A DNA stretch of 64,000 nucleotides from a bacterium (GCA_963675755.2 CAXXMD010000003.1:32001-96000), one strand, 5' to 3'; positions 48,079 through 58,964 are shown, counted from the first letter of the stretch. Program-made: numbers and translations. The notes: generated from the sequence alone by a model not told the origin.

Positions 48079-50369
48079 TTTAACTCGAAATATATTTTAC
48101 GTGAAAAATTTTCGAGACCCGGCTGAACCCGTGTTTGCACTGTAAGTTCATAGAGTCCCGGCTCATTATTTGCGAGATCCAAAGCAATATATTCAGCAGA
48201 GAATTCATTCTGTGAATATCTTTCAACCGTATTGGTTGTCATTGGCATAGCCTTGGAAAACATTTCTGTGATTCTGGTGAAAAAATTCTTTTTTGCGCGG
48301 TCCAACAATTTTATATGATAATCAATCTGATAATTAACTGCATGTTGATTATTCAAAGGTAAATTATAAATCTCAAAATAAACGTTCAAAAAGTCGCCTC
48401 TGTCGAATTTCAATTCAGGATTAGGAAGTATGTACAATCCTTTGCGAAAATGGCTATGATCAAAACGATTTTCCGAAATGCTGTCAGCAAGCAGCAGCGA
48501 ACTCATACTTAACGCGTTTCCACCGTAGGAAGATACACCAGAGTTGAATTTAATAGAGCCCAACCTGTCCGTATCTTCAACAACAACCGAAATTCCGGCC
48601 TTGTAACTGCCTCCGGGCACATTGAACGAAAACATGTCTTGCCATGCTCCAAGTTGTTCAGAAACGGCTTTGATCTCTTTGGCGGTTACTATTTTCTCCC
48701 CTGAAGCAACCTGGTCCCACCGATTTGTATACAAACCACAATTAATTACGACTTTATGCTCAGCATTGTATTCGTTTTCTTTCCAGATATCGCCGGGTTT
48801 TAAAGAATAATAGACTTCAAAATCCGTTTTATCCAGACTGTCTCTGAATGTTGAAGCATAAAACGGCATATTTATGGAAAGTATATCTTTATCCCATGAA
48901 TGCCTGTCAGAATTTAATCCCTCATATACATAATCAATGCTTTGTTTGGCAAGTTCATTTTGTAAACGCATCTGGTCCGCTTGCGAGTCAGATGTATACA
49001 TGTATGAAAAGATGGGGTCCCAATGCAGTCTGCTGCCAACCAGCTCCAAAGGGATTGTAGGTACAAGTCGCCAGTTATTACCCGCGGCATTTTTATCGAT
49101 CACAAAATGAAACATTAACTTTTTTTGAAATTGGTTTTCCGTATACAGCCAGGACTCATTCTGTTCCAATGCTCTTACATTCGCCTGCTGGGGTACAGGA
49201 CCATCAATGCCATGCATCTCGACTGCCTGCTCATCCGGATTACCATGACGAATAAAAATCAAACCTTTATCATTATATTTGTTATTGAGAGAAAAAACAA
49301 CCGGGAATTCCAGATATTTCAACTTGTCCGGATTATTCAATGTAGTTCGAAATCCTTCAAAACGAAAATATTTATCAGCAAACAGCTTGCGACGGACATG
49401 TTCCTGAATTCTAAAATTTCGATTATATGCAGGCAATGGGTTACGTTGGGTCCACATTCTTTTGAAAAAAGCTTTTGCGTCAGAGATGCTTTCTAAATTC
49501 AAATATTCAGCATATTCTTCATCAGACAGGATAAAACGTACATCATTAAAATACAACTCGGCATCTATCGCGCTCTTAATAGAATCAATCGCTTCCATAT
49601 AGTATGCCTCGCAGGCGGCATAATCTTCCTGCCTGTATTTCAAGCGGGACAATGAAAGATAGGCGGGTATTTTTGAAACAGACAAATCCGGACTTTTTAC
49701 AAATAATTGCAAAAGAGAATCTGACTTGCTATAGTTTTCAAAATGATTATAATAATCTGCTAAAAATATAGTATTTCGTTCATTATTATAATGCGCAATC
49801 CAGTCTTTTATCTTAATCTCGTTTCCGGAATACAAAAATGATTCAAAATATTCATACAATGCAATAATTGCCTTGCTGTCTTGATTTTGCAGATCAACTT
49901 GCTGTTGTACAGTGTTCAGAGCAAGCTCGTATTTTTTTTGATAAAAATATAGAATTGACAATTGATAATAGACATCTTTATAAGTGGGTGCCAGTGATAT
50001 TGTAGATAAAAAATATTCTTCTGAACGGTTCCAATCCTGTTGTCGAAAGACCATTGCATGCACTTTACCGGACTCCCGATAACCCAAGGCAAGATAATAG
50101 TGAACAACAAAATCTTTCGGGTCAAGCTCAAGGGCCGCTTCCATCCAGTCGATTGACTGCCCCCAATCATCGCGCTCAGCTTCTATTTGACCAATCATTT
50201 TAACAATATCAATATTTCCGGGATCCTGTTCATGCGCAAGCGTTAATTGCTGAACTGCTTCATCAAGTTCACCCGCTCTGAACATTTGAATACCCTGGTC
50301 ATAATAATCCTGACCAAAGATATTGACATGTATTAAAAATAGTATTATAATGTATTTATATCTTGACAT
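48075..50369 (-). CDS. TPR + GWxTD-like domain protein, exported
   Basis: Signal peptide; TPR helices; LSDEE...Y, F...W..RNP.P, EH.RR..FAD..F and DKG.IFIRHG.PD match the GWxTD-domain layout. Confidence 0.75.
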   Translation of the reverse strand: MSRYKYIIILFLIHVNIFGQDYYDQGIQMFRAGELDEAVQQLTLAHEQDPGNIDIVKMIGQIEAERDDWGQSIDWMEAALELDPKDFVVHYYLALGYRESGKVHAMVFRQQDWNRSEEYFLSTISLAPTYKDVYYQLSILYFYQKKYELALNTVQQQVDLQNQDSKAIIALYEYFESFLYSGNEIKIKDWIAHYNNERNTIFLADYYNHFENYSKSDSLLQLFVKSPDLSVSKIPAYLSLSRLKYRQEDYAACEAYYMEAIDSIKSAIDAELYFNDVRFILSDEEYAEYLNLESISDAKAFFKRMWTQRNPLPAYNRNFRIQEHVRRKLFADKYFRFEGFRTTLNNPDKLKYLEFPVVFSLNNKYNDKGLIFIRHGNPDEQAVEMHGIDGPVPQQANVRALEQNESWLYTENQFQKKLMFHFVIDKNAAGNNWRLVPTIPLELVGSRLHWDPIFSYMYTSDSQADQMRLQNELAKQSIDYVYEGLNSDRHSWDKDILSINMPFYASTFRDSLDKTDFEVYYSLKPGDIWKENEYNAEHKVVINCGLYTNRWDQVASGEKIVTAKEIKAVSEQLGAWQDMFSFNVPGGSYKAGISVVVEDTDRLGSIKFNSGVSSYGGNALSMSSLLLADSISENRFDHSHFRKGLYILPNPELKFDRGDFLNVYFEIYNLPLNNQHAVNYQIDYHIKLLDRAKKNFFTRITEMFSKAMPMTTNTVERYSQNEFSAEYIALDLANNEPGLYELTVQTRVQPGLENFSRKIYFELK

Positions 50370-50513
50370 CTATCTATATTAGTTTATATTTCTTTTTAAT
50401 TATATAAAAAAATTATACAAATTACAAGCGACAATAAAGTTTGTAAAATTTTCAGGAATAAATTACCACCCAACTATTATTATAGTCTTAAAAATTATAC
50501 TGGAGCAAAAAAA

Positions 50514-51137
50514 ATGGAACTACAACAAGCAATTGAAACACGGGCAAGCGTAAGAAAATTTACGGATAAAGCAGTTCCTGTAAACGATTTAAAAGAAATG
50601 GTGCGCCGCGCAGGACTTGCACCCAGTATAAATAATTCGCAGCCCTGGAAATTTTATGCAATTACCGATCAAAACATTCTAAAAGCAATGGCCAACAAAG
50701 TACAGTTAAAAATTGATGAACTGTTCCCGGATGTTGTTGAAGACTCTAATGTAAAATCAACTGTAAACTTTTTTTCAACAGTTTTTGTTAAAGCTCCGGC
50801 TGTAATTGCCGTTGCCATTGAACCGTATAAAAGCGTTTCTGACAAGCTCTTGAATCATTCTGATCTGACGCACGATGATATGAATGCGTTAAGGAATTTC
50901 CCCGACATTCAAAGTATTGGTGCAAGCATTCAAAATCTCATACTTTCAGCTGTTGACTTGGGATATGGCGCATGCTGGCTGAGTGGTATGCTGGTTGCCA
51001 GAGAAGAGCTTGAAGAAATATTAAAAATTGATAAACCATATCGACTGGTAACATTTGTAGCCGTAGGCCACCCCGAAGGAGTTACAAAACCCAAGGCTAA
51101 AAAAGACGTTGATGAGATATTCTCGGTTATTGAATAA
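50514..51137 (+). CDS. Nitroreductase family protein
   Basis: I..RASVRKF, APS..NSQPWKF, GA.IQNL.LSA..LGYGACW. Confidence 0.92.
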   Translation: MELQQAIETRASVRKFTDKAVPVNDLKEMVRRAGLAPSINNSQPWKFYAITDQNILKAMANKVQLKIDELFPDVVEDSNVKSTVNFFSTVFVKAPAVIAVAIEPYKSVSDKLLNHSDLTHDDMNALRNFPDIQSIGASIQNLILSAVDLGYGACWLSGMLVAREELEEILKIDKPYRLVTFVAVGHPEGVTKPKAKKDVDEIFSVIE

Positions 51138-51142
51138 ACCGC

Positions 51143-52402
51143 TCAATCCGTTTTTTGGGGGTGCTTTAAACGCAATTCAATGATTTGGGGTCGGTGGTCA
51201 GAAGCATCAAACTTGATCACTTTGGCGCTGCATACATTAAATTGATCCGAATAAAAAACATGATCTATTCTTAAAAAGTCAAACAATAAAAAGCGTGCTT
51301 TTTCAGGTACGCTTTTTACCAGACTAGAGTAACCAAATGTTCCGCCAATTCCCCAGCCTGCCTTGGCATATGCATTATTTAACGTACTTTTAAACGTTTT
51401 ATAACTTCTGCTATTAGGTGTATCATTAAAATCCCCGGCAAGAATCAACGGTGCATTGACCGGCAATACCTGCTCAGCAATCTTGGCGGCTTCTGTCAAA
51501 TGACGATTATGAGCAATGGTAACCTGTTTTTTAAATGCCTCATAATCCATTTTGCCAAAAGCAAATCGTATAAACAAATTCCCGCTATTGTACAAATGAC
51601 AGTTGAACAAATGCACATCCTGACCATAATAATCAATAATAGCGTGATTCATATTAATATGCCCGGACATGTACTGGGTTTTGATATCATAATTTTTTCT
51701 AAATTTTAATGGCAACCGGGAAAAAATTACGCCACCATTATAGGTTTCAAACTTGTCAGACCAGATTTGATGGGGATACAGGTCCATGAGTTCTTCTTTT
51801 AGCAAAACCCTATCCTGCAGGTTTATTTCCTGCAAAAATACAACATCAGGCTTTTCACGTCGAATAAAATCTATGACTGCTCTGCGTTTCTCACCGGTTT
51901 CACTTACCAATATATTATAGCTCATGAGCTTGAGCGTGTCTTTTCTGTACAATGGTTTAAAGCTGGGCAACAACTGTGAGCGGTAATGCAGCACCAACGC
52001 CAATAATACCAACGTATAAACCAGTATGTTGATCCGGATTGTCTTAAAGGTGGTTATATAGTAAACAAATAATGCAAAGAACGGGACAATCATGTAAAAC
52101 AGGTATTTAAAAAACTGTTCAGGATTGCTCACACCCAATGCCAATATGCAAAGCCCGGCAAGAAAAAATACAATTTTAATCCAGGTAAATTTGGTTACCT
52201 TGGTCAACAAGGCGGACAAATATAGTGGCAAAGTAAATGCAATTGGTATCCAGATTGTATCATTCAGCACATTGGCAATGATCTCAACTACCGGATTGAT
52301 AGAAAACACCAATGAACGGAGGGCGGGCATCCAAACCAAAAGCTCAAAACAAAAGTAACAAACCCAAATAACAGTCAAGAATATAAATAATGTCTTTTTC
52401 AC
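51143..52402 (-). CDS. Membrane-anchored endonuclease/exonuclease/phosphatase (EEP) family protein
   Basis: About 5 N-terminal TM helices; MSYNI, PDVVFLQE, NCHL, ILAGDFN, RIDHVF, SDHRP. Confidence 0.88.
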   Translation of the reverse strand: MKKTLFIFLTVIWVCYFCFELLVWMPALRSLVFSINPVVEIIANVLNDTIWIPIAFTLPLYLSALLTKVTKFTWIKIVFFLAGLCILALGVSNPEQFFKYLFYMIVPFFALFVYYITTFKTIRINILVYTLVLLALVLHYRSQLLPSFKPLYRKDTLKLMSYNILVSETGEKRRAVIDFIRREKPDVVFLQEINLQDRVLLKEELMDLYPHQIWSDKFETYNGGVIFSRLPLKFRKNYDIKTQYMSGHINMNHAIIDYYGQDVHLFNCHLYNSGNLFIRFAFGKMDYEAFKKQVTIAHNRHLTEAAKIAEQVLPVNAPLILAGDFNDTPNSRSYKTFKSTLNNAYAKAGWGIGGTFGYSSLVKSVPEKARFLLFDFLRIDHVFYSDQFNVCSAKVIKFDASDHRPQIIELRLKHPQKTD

Positions 52403-52493
52403 AAATCCGCTCTATTTTTACCAAGTCATATAATTGCATTACCCGAAAAGTGCAGAAAATGCCGACCACACTATGTATGATCGGCAATTATTT

Positions 52494-53816
52494 TTACAGT
52501 CCGCTAAATTGAACTCCACTGAACAACATGGATGGCATCTTGTAGGAGGAATAAGGATACGGATCATTTCCCACTTGCTCCAATTTCTGCCAAAAGTCCT
52601 TAGAGTTTCCGGATATGTTCATTTCATTTACAGGTTTTACAATTTTTCCATTTTCGACCAACAGGCCTACAATACCAAATGAAAAATCACCTGTGGTTGA
52701 ATTGGAATTCCCACCAATAAAACCGGTCACCAAAATGCCCTTGTTGACTTTTTTGATCATATCATCACCACTTTGATCACCATAGTCAAACAAAACATTC
52801 GATGTTGATCCGGAATTGGGCTCCCAGCCCAGTTTATTGCCATAATAATTATCAACCAGATATTCTTTCAATACACCTTTTTCAATCAAAACTCTTTTTT
52901 CTGCCTTCAGGCCTTCTCCATCAAACAGTTTTGATCCCAAACCACGTTGTATAAATGGATCATCAATAACGGTCAAAAGAGGTGAAGCAACCGGTTTATC
53001 AAGCATATCTTCAAGATAAGAGTTCTTTTGTTGTATGGATTGTGCAGACATGGGTCCCAACAGCAATCCCAATAGACGGCCCGAAGTTCGGTTTTCCACA
53101 ATCATATCATATTGTCCGGATTCGATTTTGTCCTGTCCCACTTTGCGTAATGCACGTCGAACAGCATCCTTGCCAAGGCCTTCAGGTTTTGTAAGGTCCT
53201 GATAATATCGGGAAACCGCCCAGGCCCAATCCGAGGGTCTGCCACCGTTGGCATCTTTAACGGTCACTTCGGCACCGCAGTCAAACAGAGTAGACTCTGT
53301 TTCGCCTACAAAGCCGTTGCTGTTCATCTTTATATTGTGATAGCGTGTATCAGAGTAACCGGCCGTAACCGAAATAATCTGATCGCTTTGCTCAAGAGCA
53401 ACAGCTTCTATTGCAGAGGCAATTTCTACACGCTGTTTGGAGTCGATCTTTTCATAAACAGGATCAATCAAATCCAGATTTTTATCAAGAGACTTGGGAT
53501 AATATTTTTTATCTGGTAAGGCTCTGAATTTATCCGGCGTAAGATATTTGGTACTGGCTACTGCTTCTTTAATAAAGGCTTCCAGCGAATCTTTACGCAT
53601 ATCATTCGTAGAATGGCTTGAGTATTTCTGTTCTGTAAATATTTTTAATGACAAACCATTCTGTGTAGACTCTTCCAGCTTTTCCAGTTTACGATCACGG
53701 ATTTCAATACCCACTTCACGCTGATTAGAGATGGATACCGAAGTCTCGCTTGAACCGTATTTTTTTGCCGTTTCAATAACCCATTCGGCAAGATTTATTC
53801 TTTCAGATGTTTTCAT
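52494..53816 (-). CDS. pmbA: PmbA/TldE family protein
   Basis: FDGEG, LIEKGVL..YL, N.TTGDFS.G..G..VENG...PVNEMNISGN; no HExxxH motif; directly downstream of tldD. Confidence 0.9.
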   Translation of the reverse strand: MKTSERINLAEWVIETAKKYGSSETSVSISNQREVGIEIRDRKLEKLEESTQNGLSLKIFTEQKYSSHSTNDMRKDSLEAFIKEAVASTKYLTPDKFRALPDKKYYPKSLDKNLDLIDPVYEKIDSKQRVEIASAIEAVALEQSDQIISVTAGYSDTRYHNIKMNSNGFVGETESTLFDCGAEVTVKDANGGRPSDWAWAVSRYYQDLTKPEGLGKDAVRRALRKVGQDKIESGQYDMIVENRTSGRLLGLLLGPMSAQSIQQKNSYLEDMLDKPVASPLLTVIDDPFIQRGLGSKLFDGEGLKAEKRVLIEKGVLKEYLVDNYYGNKLGWEPNSGSTSNVLFDYGDQSGDDMIKKVNKGILVTGFIGGNSNSTTGDFSFGIVGLLVENGKIVKPVNEMNISGNSKDFWQKLEQVGNDPYPYSSYKMPSMLFSGVQFSGL

Positions 53817-53839
53817 AATTTAAATTCCTGTTCCTTTTT

Positions 53840-55381
53840 TTATGAGACGCCACCAACAGTAATTTTTGAAACTTTGACTGTGGGTAATCCCAGTGATACC
53901 GGTACACTCTGACCGTCTTTACCGCAAACCCAGCCGCCTCTGTCCAGTTCAAAATCATCAGCTACCATGGTAATGTCCTTGAGTACCTGGGGACCGTTAC
54001 CAATGATGTTGACATCTTTGACCGGGCGTGTCAGTTTGCCGTCTTCAATGAGATAGCCGGATTTCACATAGAATGTAAAATCTCCGGCGCCAATAAATAC
54101 CTGACCGTTGGTAAAGGATTTTGCGTAAAGACCTTTTTTTACACTGCCAATAATCTCGTCCTTTTTATGAGGTCCGGGCAGCATATAAGTATTACGCATT
54201 CGCGGCAGGGGCGCGTGTCTGAAAGACTGACGGCGGCCGCTTCCAGTCGGGTTTACTTTATAGTATTTTGCGCTGATTCGATCATGCAGATAACTGCGCA
54301 AAACACCATCCTGTACAAGGAACGTCTTTTCTGTATCGTTGCCTTCATCATCTATATTAATGGAACCCCGTATATTGGGATTGGTTCCGTCATCTACTAT
54401 ATTGACAATGTTCTCAGCAACCGGTTTGTTGATCTTGTCTGAAAAAATTGATATTTCTTTACGGTTAAAATCTGCTTCCATACCATGACCAATGGCTTCA
54501 TGCAGCAATATTCCGGAACCACCTGCCGCTAAAACCACTTCCATTTCACCTGCTTCGGGCTTGACCGCTTCAAACAGCGATACGGTGCGTTCAACAGCTT
54601 CGGTTGCAAGTTCTTCAATACGGTCCGGAGTATAAAACTCGATGCCGTATCGACCCGATAGATTATAACCATTCTGTTCTTTTTTACCATCCTGTTCAGC
54701 AGTGCAATATACTCCCATATAAGTCAGAGGCTGATAATCAAAAGCAATTTTGCCTTCTGATGTGGCAATGAGAATCTTGGAAACTTCGTTGGTAAACGTA
54801 ATTCGGGACTTGATAATGCGGGGATCTTTAGCAAAAACCTTGTCATTTACGGTTTGCAACAGCGGGATCTTGCGATCAATACTAACATCCTGCCATGAGG
54901 TTTTAATAGGATAATAATTCGGGGTTTTTTGTAGATTAAATTCTACAGGCGCTATGGTCTTTGAACTGTTGGCAATATTTGCCGCTGTTTTTGCAGCCAA
55001 TAGCATGGCTTCGCGCGTCAACTCTTCGGTAAAAGAAAAACCGGTCTGGTCACCTTTTAATACCCGTATACCCACACCCAGATCAATATCTGAATAGGCA
55101 CGATTCACAGCCTTGTCTTCAAGGCCAACATAATTATATATCTTGTTTTGAAAATACACATCACAATAGTCACCACCCATTGACATGCCGGCAGCAATGA
55201 TTTCTGAAATCAGTTTTTCATCAACGCCAAACAGTGCAAAATAATCGTTCAAAGATTGGGTTTCCATAGCCATCACCTTTTCTACATCAGCCGAAATAAG
55301 TAGAGGTACACTTAACGAGGCTGCAGCCATTCCTGTTGCGCTGTTTTTGATAAACCTTCGTCGAGTCATATTCGGACACAT
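53840..55381 (-). CDS. tldD: TldD metalloprotease with N-terminal twin-arginine-like signal
   Basis: HEAIGHGMEADF, DDEG, TG.GRRQS....PLPRMRNTYM, CGKDGQSVPV; N-terminus MCPNMTRRRFIK plus hydrophobic stretch. Confidence 0.93.
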   Translation of the reverse strand: MCPNMTRRRFIKNSATGMAAASLSVPLLISADVEKVMAMETQSLNDYFALFGVDEKLISEIIAAGMSMGGDYCDVYFQNKIYNYVGLEDKAVNRAYSDIDLGVGIRVLKGDQTGFSFTEELTREAMLLAAKTAANIANSSKTIAPVEFNLQKTPNYYPIKTSWQDVSIDRKIPLLQTVNDKVFAKDPRIIKSRITFTNEVSKILIATSEGKIAFDYQPLTYMGVYCTAEQDGKKEQNGYNLSGRYGIEFYTPDRIEELATEAVERTVSLFEAVKPEAGEMEVVLAAGGSGILLHEAIGHGMEADFNRKEISIFSDKINKPVAENIVNIVDDGTNPNIRGSINIDDEGNDTEKTFLVQDGVLRSYLHDRISAKYYKVNPTGSGRRQSFRHAPLPRMRNTYMLPGPHKKDEIIGSVKKGLYAKSFTNGQVFIGAGDFTFYVKSGYLIEDGKLTRPVKDVNIIGNGPQVLKDITMVADDFELDRGGWVCGKDGQSVPVSLGLPTVKVSKITVGGVS

Positions 55382-55455
55382 AGCTCCTCCATATTCTGTA
55401 TTCGTTTCGATGTTTTCTATTCATTTCAAATGTTTACGTAATTTATGTCCTGGGG

Positions 55456-56595
55456 TTACAGATTGTCCCGTTTAATCAACAATCCGGTAATATTTCTTGT
55501 AATTTGAGAAATCAGATCACCGGCGTTCTGAATTGCTGTCTCCAATGACATGGGGCCATTGCATATTGAAAAACAACCGCTTAGCCCTGTTTCTTCCAAA
55601 GATTTTTGGGACGCGGTTACACTTCCCGCAACAGCAATTACCGGTACATTATACTTACCCGCAATGTTGCAGATGCCTGCAATAGTCTTGCCAAAAACGA
55701 TCTGATCGTCAATCCGCCCCTCTCCGGTAATAATATAATCCGCGTCTTGAATGCGTTCCTCAAAACGGCACTCGTTCAAGACCAGTTCCACACCGGATTT
55801 TAATTCCGCATTCAAAAATGCTACCAAACCACCGCCCAGTCCACCGGCAGCGCCAGCACCCGGAATATTGCGTACATCTTTGTGCGCTTTAAGGATATCG
55901 GCAAGATGTTGCATATTTTCTTCCAGTTCATCACAAATTTCCGGTGACGCACCTTTTTGCGGAGAATAGACATATACCGCGCCATTTTCTCCCAACAACG
56001 GATTGGTTACATCACAAGCCGCAGAGATGTGAATTTGGGATGTATCCAGTTCCAGCCCGCTGTAATCCACCCGGCTTACCCTGCCCATCAGGTGTCCGTT
56101 CATTTTTTCGGTAATTTCTTTATCTTTAGAGTCAAAAAATTTCACACCCAATGCCTGTGCCATCCCCGTACCCAGGTCTGTTGTTGCTGAACCACCTATG
56201 CCCATAATGATGCGCTTGCAGCCACGTGCTATTGCATTATGTAAAAGCTCTCCGGTACCATAGGTCGTGGTTTTTAAAGGATTCCGTAGTTCAACCGGGA
56301 CCAGCATCAATCCGCTTGCGGCAGCCATTTCAATAATGGCAGTTTTACCATCACCCAATATACCCCATTGCGCGTTTACGAGTTCTCCCAAAGGCCCTGT
56401 TACCGTCGAGTACTGCATAGTCCCGTTCGTGGCCGAAACCAGGGTTTCTACAGTGCCTTCTCCACCATCTGCAACGGGTATGGATTCGGTAATTATAGAT
56501 GCATCCTGCGCATGGATCGCTTTTTCAATAACCGCACACACCTCTACAGCGGAAAGACTGTCTTTGAAAGAATCCGGCGCAATAATTATCTTCAT
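55456..56595 (-). CDS. glxK: Glycerate kinase (class I, GlxK/GarK family)
   Basis: MKIIIAPDSFKDSL, ADGGEGT, EMAAASGL, GIGGSAT.D.G, GAGAAGGLG, ITGEG..D.Q. Confidence 0.95.
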   Translation of the reverse strand: MKIIIAPDSFKDSLSAVEVCAVIEKAIHAQDASIITESIPVADGGEGTVETLVSATNGTMQYSTVTGPLGELVNAQWGILGDGKTAIIEMAAASGLMLVPVELRNPLKTTTYGTGELLHNAIARGCKRIIMGIGGSATTDLGTGMAQALGVKFFDSKDKEITEKMNGHLMGRVSRVDYSGLELDTSQIHISAACDVTNPLLGENGAVYVYSPQKGASPEICDELEENMQHLADILKAHKDVRNIPGAGAAGGLGGGLVAFLNAELKSGVELVLNECRFEERIQDADYIITGEGRIDDQIVFGKTIAGICNIAGKYNVPVIAVAGSVTASQKSLEETGLSGCFSICNGPMSLETAIQNAGDLISQITRNITGLLIKRDNL

Positions 56596-56765
56596 ATGTT
56601 GTCCTCGGTTTAATGAAAAGTTAGTGTTTTTACTGCAAATTGCAAGTAAATAATCTTAAACATTGATCACAAACAAGATAATAACAGTAATTCCATAAAA
56701 TAAAAAACTTGATACTTTATCAATTTTCTATTATACTAAAACAGGGACATTTAAGGGGAGTATTT

Positions 56766-57776
56766 ATGAAATTTTATTATTATATCTTAATCATTGGAAT
56801 TTTATTCGTTTCCTGCTGGAACAAACAAAAACATGACATAACCCGTCCTGTTGTGCCGCATTATAATTTTTATGGCACCACTCTGGATTATGTGACTGGA
56901 CAACCGGTTCCCAATGCAACTTTGAAAGTCACCGGGCAATATATGCTTTATGATATTGAATTTCCTACACAAATTGTGCAATCTGACAGTATGGGAAATT
57001 ACAGCATTGACCCCATATACCCCGGTACTTATACCCTGAGTTTGAATATTGATGATTGCTGGTTAAATGAAATCAGGCTGCAAATTGACCATGAGGACCG
57101 GCTCATGGATATAAAAATACCGGAAACTTTTATTACCAAAGAATTTATAAACGATCCCACATCAAAATACAGATATGTGAATGCGAGTTATCCCTGTTTT
57201 GCTATAAACAGCCTTACCGGTGTTTTACCCGTCAAAACTGTAAATAATTCAACAGGTGAAGCAAGATATTTTTTCAGCAAACTATCATTAAAATACGGAG
57301 TAGGTATATTTCGTTCCGCCCGGGAAACTGAAACGGACTTGTCTTTCACTCATCAGCTCTCCATAGGAAATGGATTATACTATACCTTTAAACATCCGGA
57401 TTCTATCAAAGTATTCGATCAGGTCCAGTGCACCTATTTGCAATCCATTGCAACCGGTATCAATATTAAAGATATTGCTTTTAATATATATGACAGGACC
57501 CTGTACGCCTGCACGGACTCACTCCTCTATTCCATAGATCCAGACTCGTACCAGCCTACCGAAGTCGCTCCGCTTCCCCTGAACGGTGTGTCTCTATTTA
57601 CCTTTCACAGGAATATTCTGTATTTACTCAAAGATGATCTGTTATTCAGACTGGATGAAAACCTGGCAATTGACAAGGTTATGGCGCTTGTAGATAAGGA
57701 TTATAGCAATCAATATGTTAGCATATACGATCTGGCATTTGATGGTTACGACAACTTGTGGGTGAGCATTCAGTAA
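56766..57776 (+). CDS. Lipoprotein with carboxypeptidase-regulatory-like Ig domain and propeller-like C-terminus
   Basis: GGGGAG RBS; lipobox-like FVSC; G...D..TGQPVPNA....SD..G.Y.I..I.PGTYTL. Confidence 0.65.
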   Translation: MKFYYYILIIGILFVSCWNKQKHDITRPVVPHYNFYGTTLDYVTGQPVPNATLKVTGQYMLYDIEFPTQIVQSDSMGNYSIDPIYPGTYTLSLNIDDCWLNEIRLQIDHEDRLMDIKIPETFITKEFINDPTSKYRYVNASYPCFAINSLTGVLPVKTVNNSTGEARYFFSKLSLKYGVGIFRSARETETDLSFTHQLSIGNGLYYTFKHPDSIKVFDQVQCTYLQSIATGINIKDIAFNIYDRTLYACTDSLLYSIDPDSYQPTEVAPLPLNGVSLFTFHRNILYLLKDDLLFRLDENLAIDKVMALVDKDYSNQYVSIYDLAFDGYDNLWVSIQ

Positions 57777-57881
57777 TAAAACCCTGGATATATCAAACGG
57801 ATTCATATTTCCGCAAATCCTGAAATAATCCCATAATATGTATATGTTAAACAGATAACATTTAACAACAGGGGTATTTCA

Positions 57882-58835
57882 ATGAAGTATGAAAACATTA
57901 CTAAAGCAGAAAAGAAAAAGCTGGAAAAACTGCGCGAGATCATACACGATCATAAACTGCCGAAAAAAACACTGGACAGTAATCTTTTAATCTCTACGTT
58001 CAATATTCGCGAGTTTGGCAACAAACGACGCGAGAGCTATGCCATAAACGCACTGGCAGAGATCTGCTCTAATTTTGATATCATTGCCATACAGGAGCTG
58101 CGCTCGAATCTGGATGATCTGGACCGCCTCATGAATGTACTAGGTCACCATTGGAAAGCCATATTCAACGATCCCGCCGGTGAGGCCATGAATCCCGGAA
58201 ACGATGAACGACTGGGATATATTTACGACAGCCGCAAACTGACCTTTACCGGTATGGCCGCGGAATTGATGGTAACGGACGATTTTCTGAAAACCGCCGG
58301 CATTCCGGATGATCACATGAGCGTGCCCTGGCGTGTTCCTTATATGGTTTCGTTCAAGACCAGCACTTTTGACTTTGTGCTGTTGACTGTGCACATTCAG
58401 TGGAATTCCAAAGGCGGTATTACCGCCCGCGCTAAAGAGATTGAAATGATCACCAACTGGATTGGTAATCGGGTTAACAAGGCCAAGATCTATGATCCCG
58501 ATATCTTTGTACTGGGTGATTTCAACATCCCTTCTATCCGCAGCAAGACTTTTAAAGCGCTGGAAGAACACGGACTGGTGGTGCACAAAAAGCTGCGTAA
58601 AATCAAAACTAACCTGAAACAGAACGCGCATTACGACCAGATTGCCTATTACGAACAAAACACGGACTGCGAGGTCTCAAACGCCGGTGTAATCAATTTT
58701 TACGACGCCTTTTTCAAAGACGATATGCCGGATTCGGCGTACAAAGCCCTGACTTTTCAGCTCTCAGACCACCTTCCCCTCTGGGCCGAATTCAAAATCA
58801 ACGAAGTAGAATTGGACAAGTATGTGTATCAATGA
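57882..58835 (+). CDS. DNase I-like EEP family nuclease/phosphatase
   Basis: STFNIREF, FDIIAIQE, ERLGYIYD, R.PY..SF, VH, LGDFN, YDQI, SDHLPLW; no signal peptide. Confidence 0.88.
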   Translation: MKYENITKAEKKKLEKLREIIHDHKLPKKTLDSNLLISTFNIREFGNKRRESYAINALAEICSNFDIIAIQELRSNLDDLDRLMNVLGHHWKAIFNDPAGEAMNPGNDERLGYIYDSRKLTFTGMAAELMVTDDFLKTAGIPDDHMSVPWRVPYMVSFKTSTFDFVLLTVHIQWNSKGGITARAKEIEMITNWIGNRVNKAKIYDPDIFVLGDFNIPSIRSKTFKALEEHGLVVHKKLRKIKTNLKQNAHYDQIAYYEQNTDCEVSNAGVINFYDAFFKDDMPDSAYKALTFQLSDHLPLWAEFKINEVELDKYVYQ

Positions 58836-58876
58836 GGTTAAATTTATAAAGGTCGTAATATTGAATCCCGCACATT

Positions 58877-58964
58877 GATCGCGATACAGATCCCTGGCTA
58901 TCAAAGTCCCCCTTGTACACTGAATTTCTCTACCACCGATCGCGATGCAGATTCCTGCATCGCG
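58877..58964. repeat. Duplicated palindromic unit (one intact hairpin, one decayed)
   Basis: GATCGCGATACAGATCCCTG at 58877 and GATCGCGATGCAGATTCCTG at 58938; the second forms CGCGATGCAG-attc-CTGCATCGCG. Confidence 0.65.
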
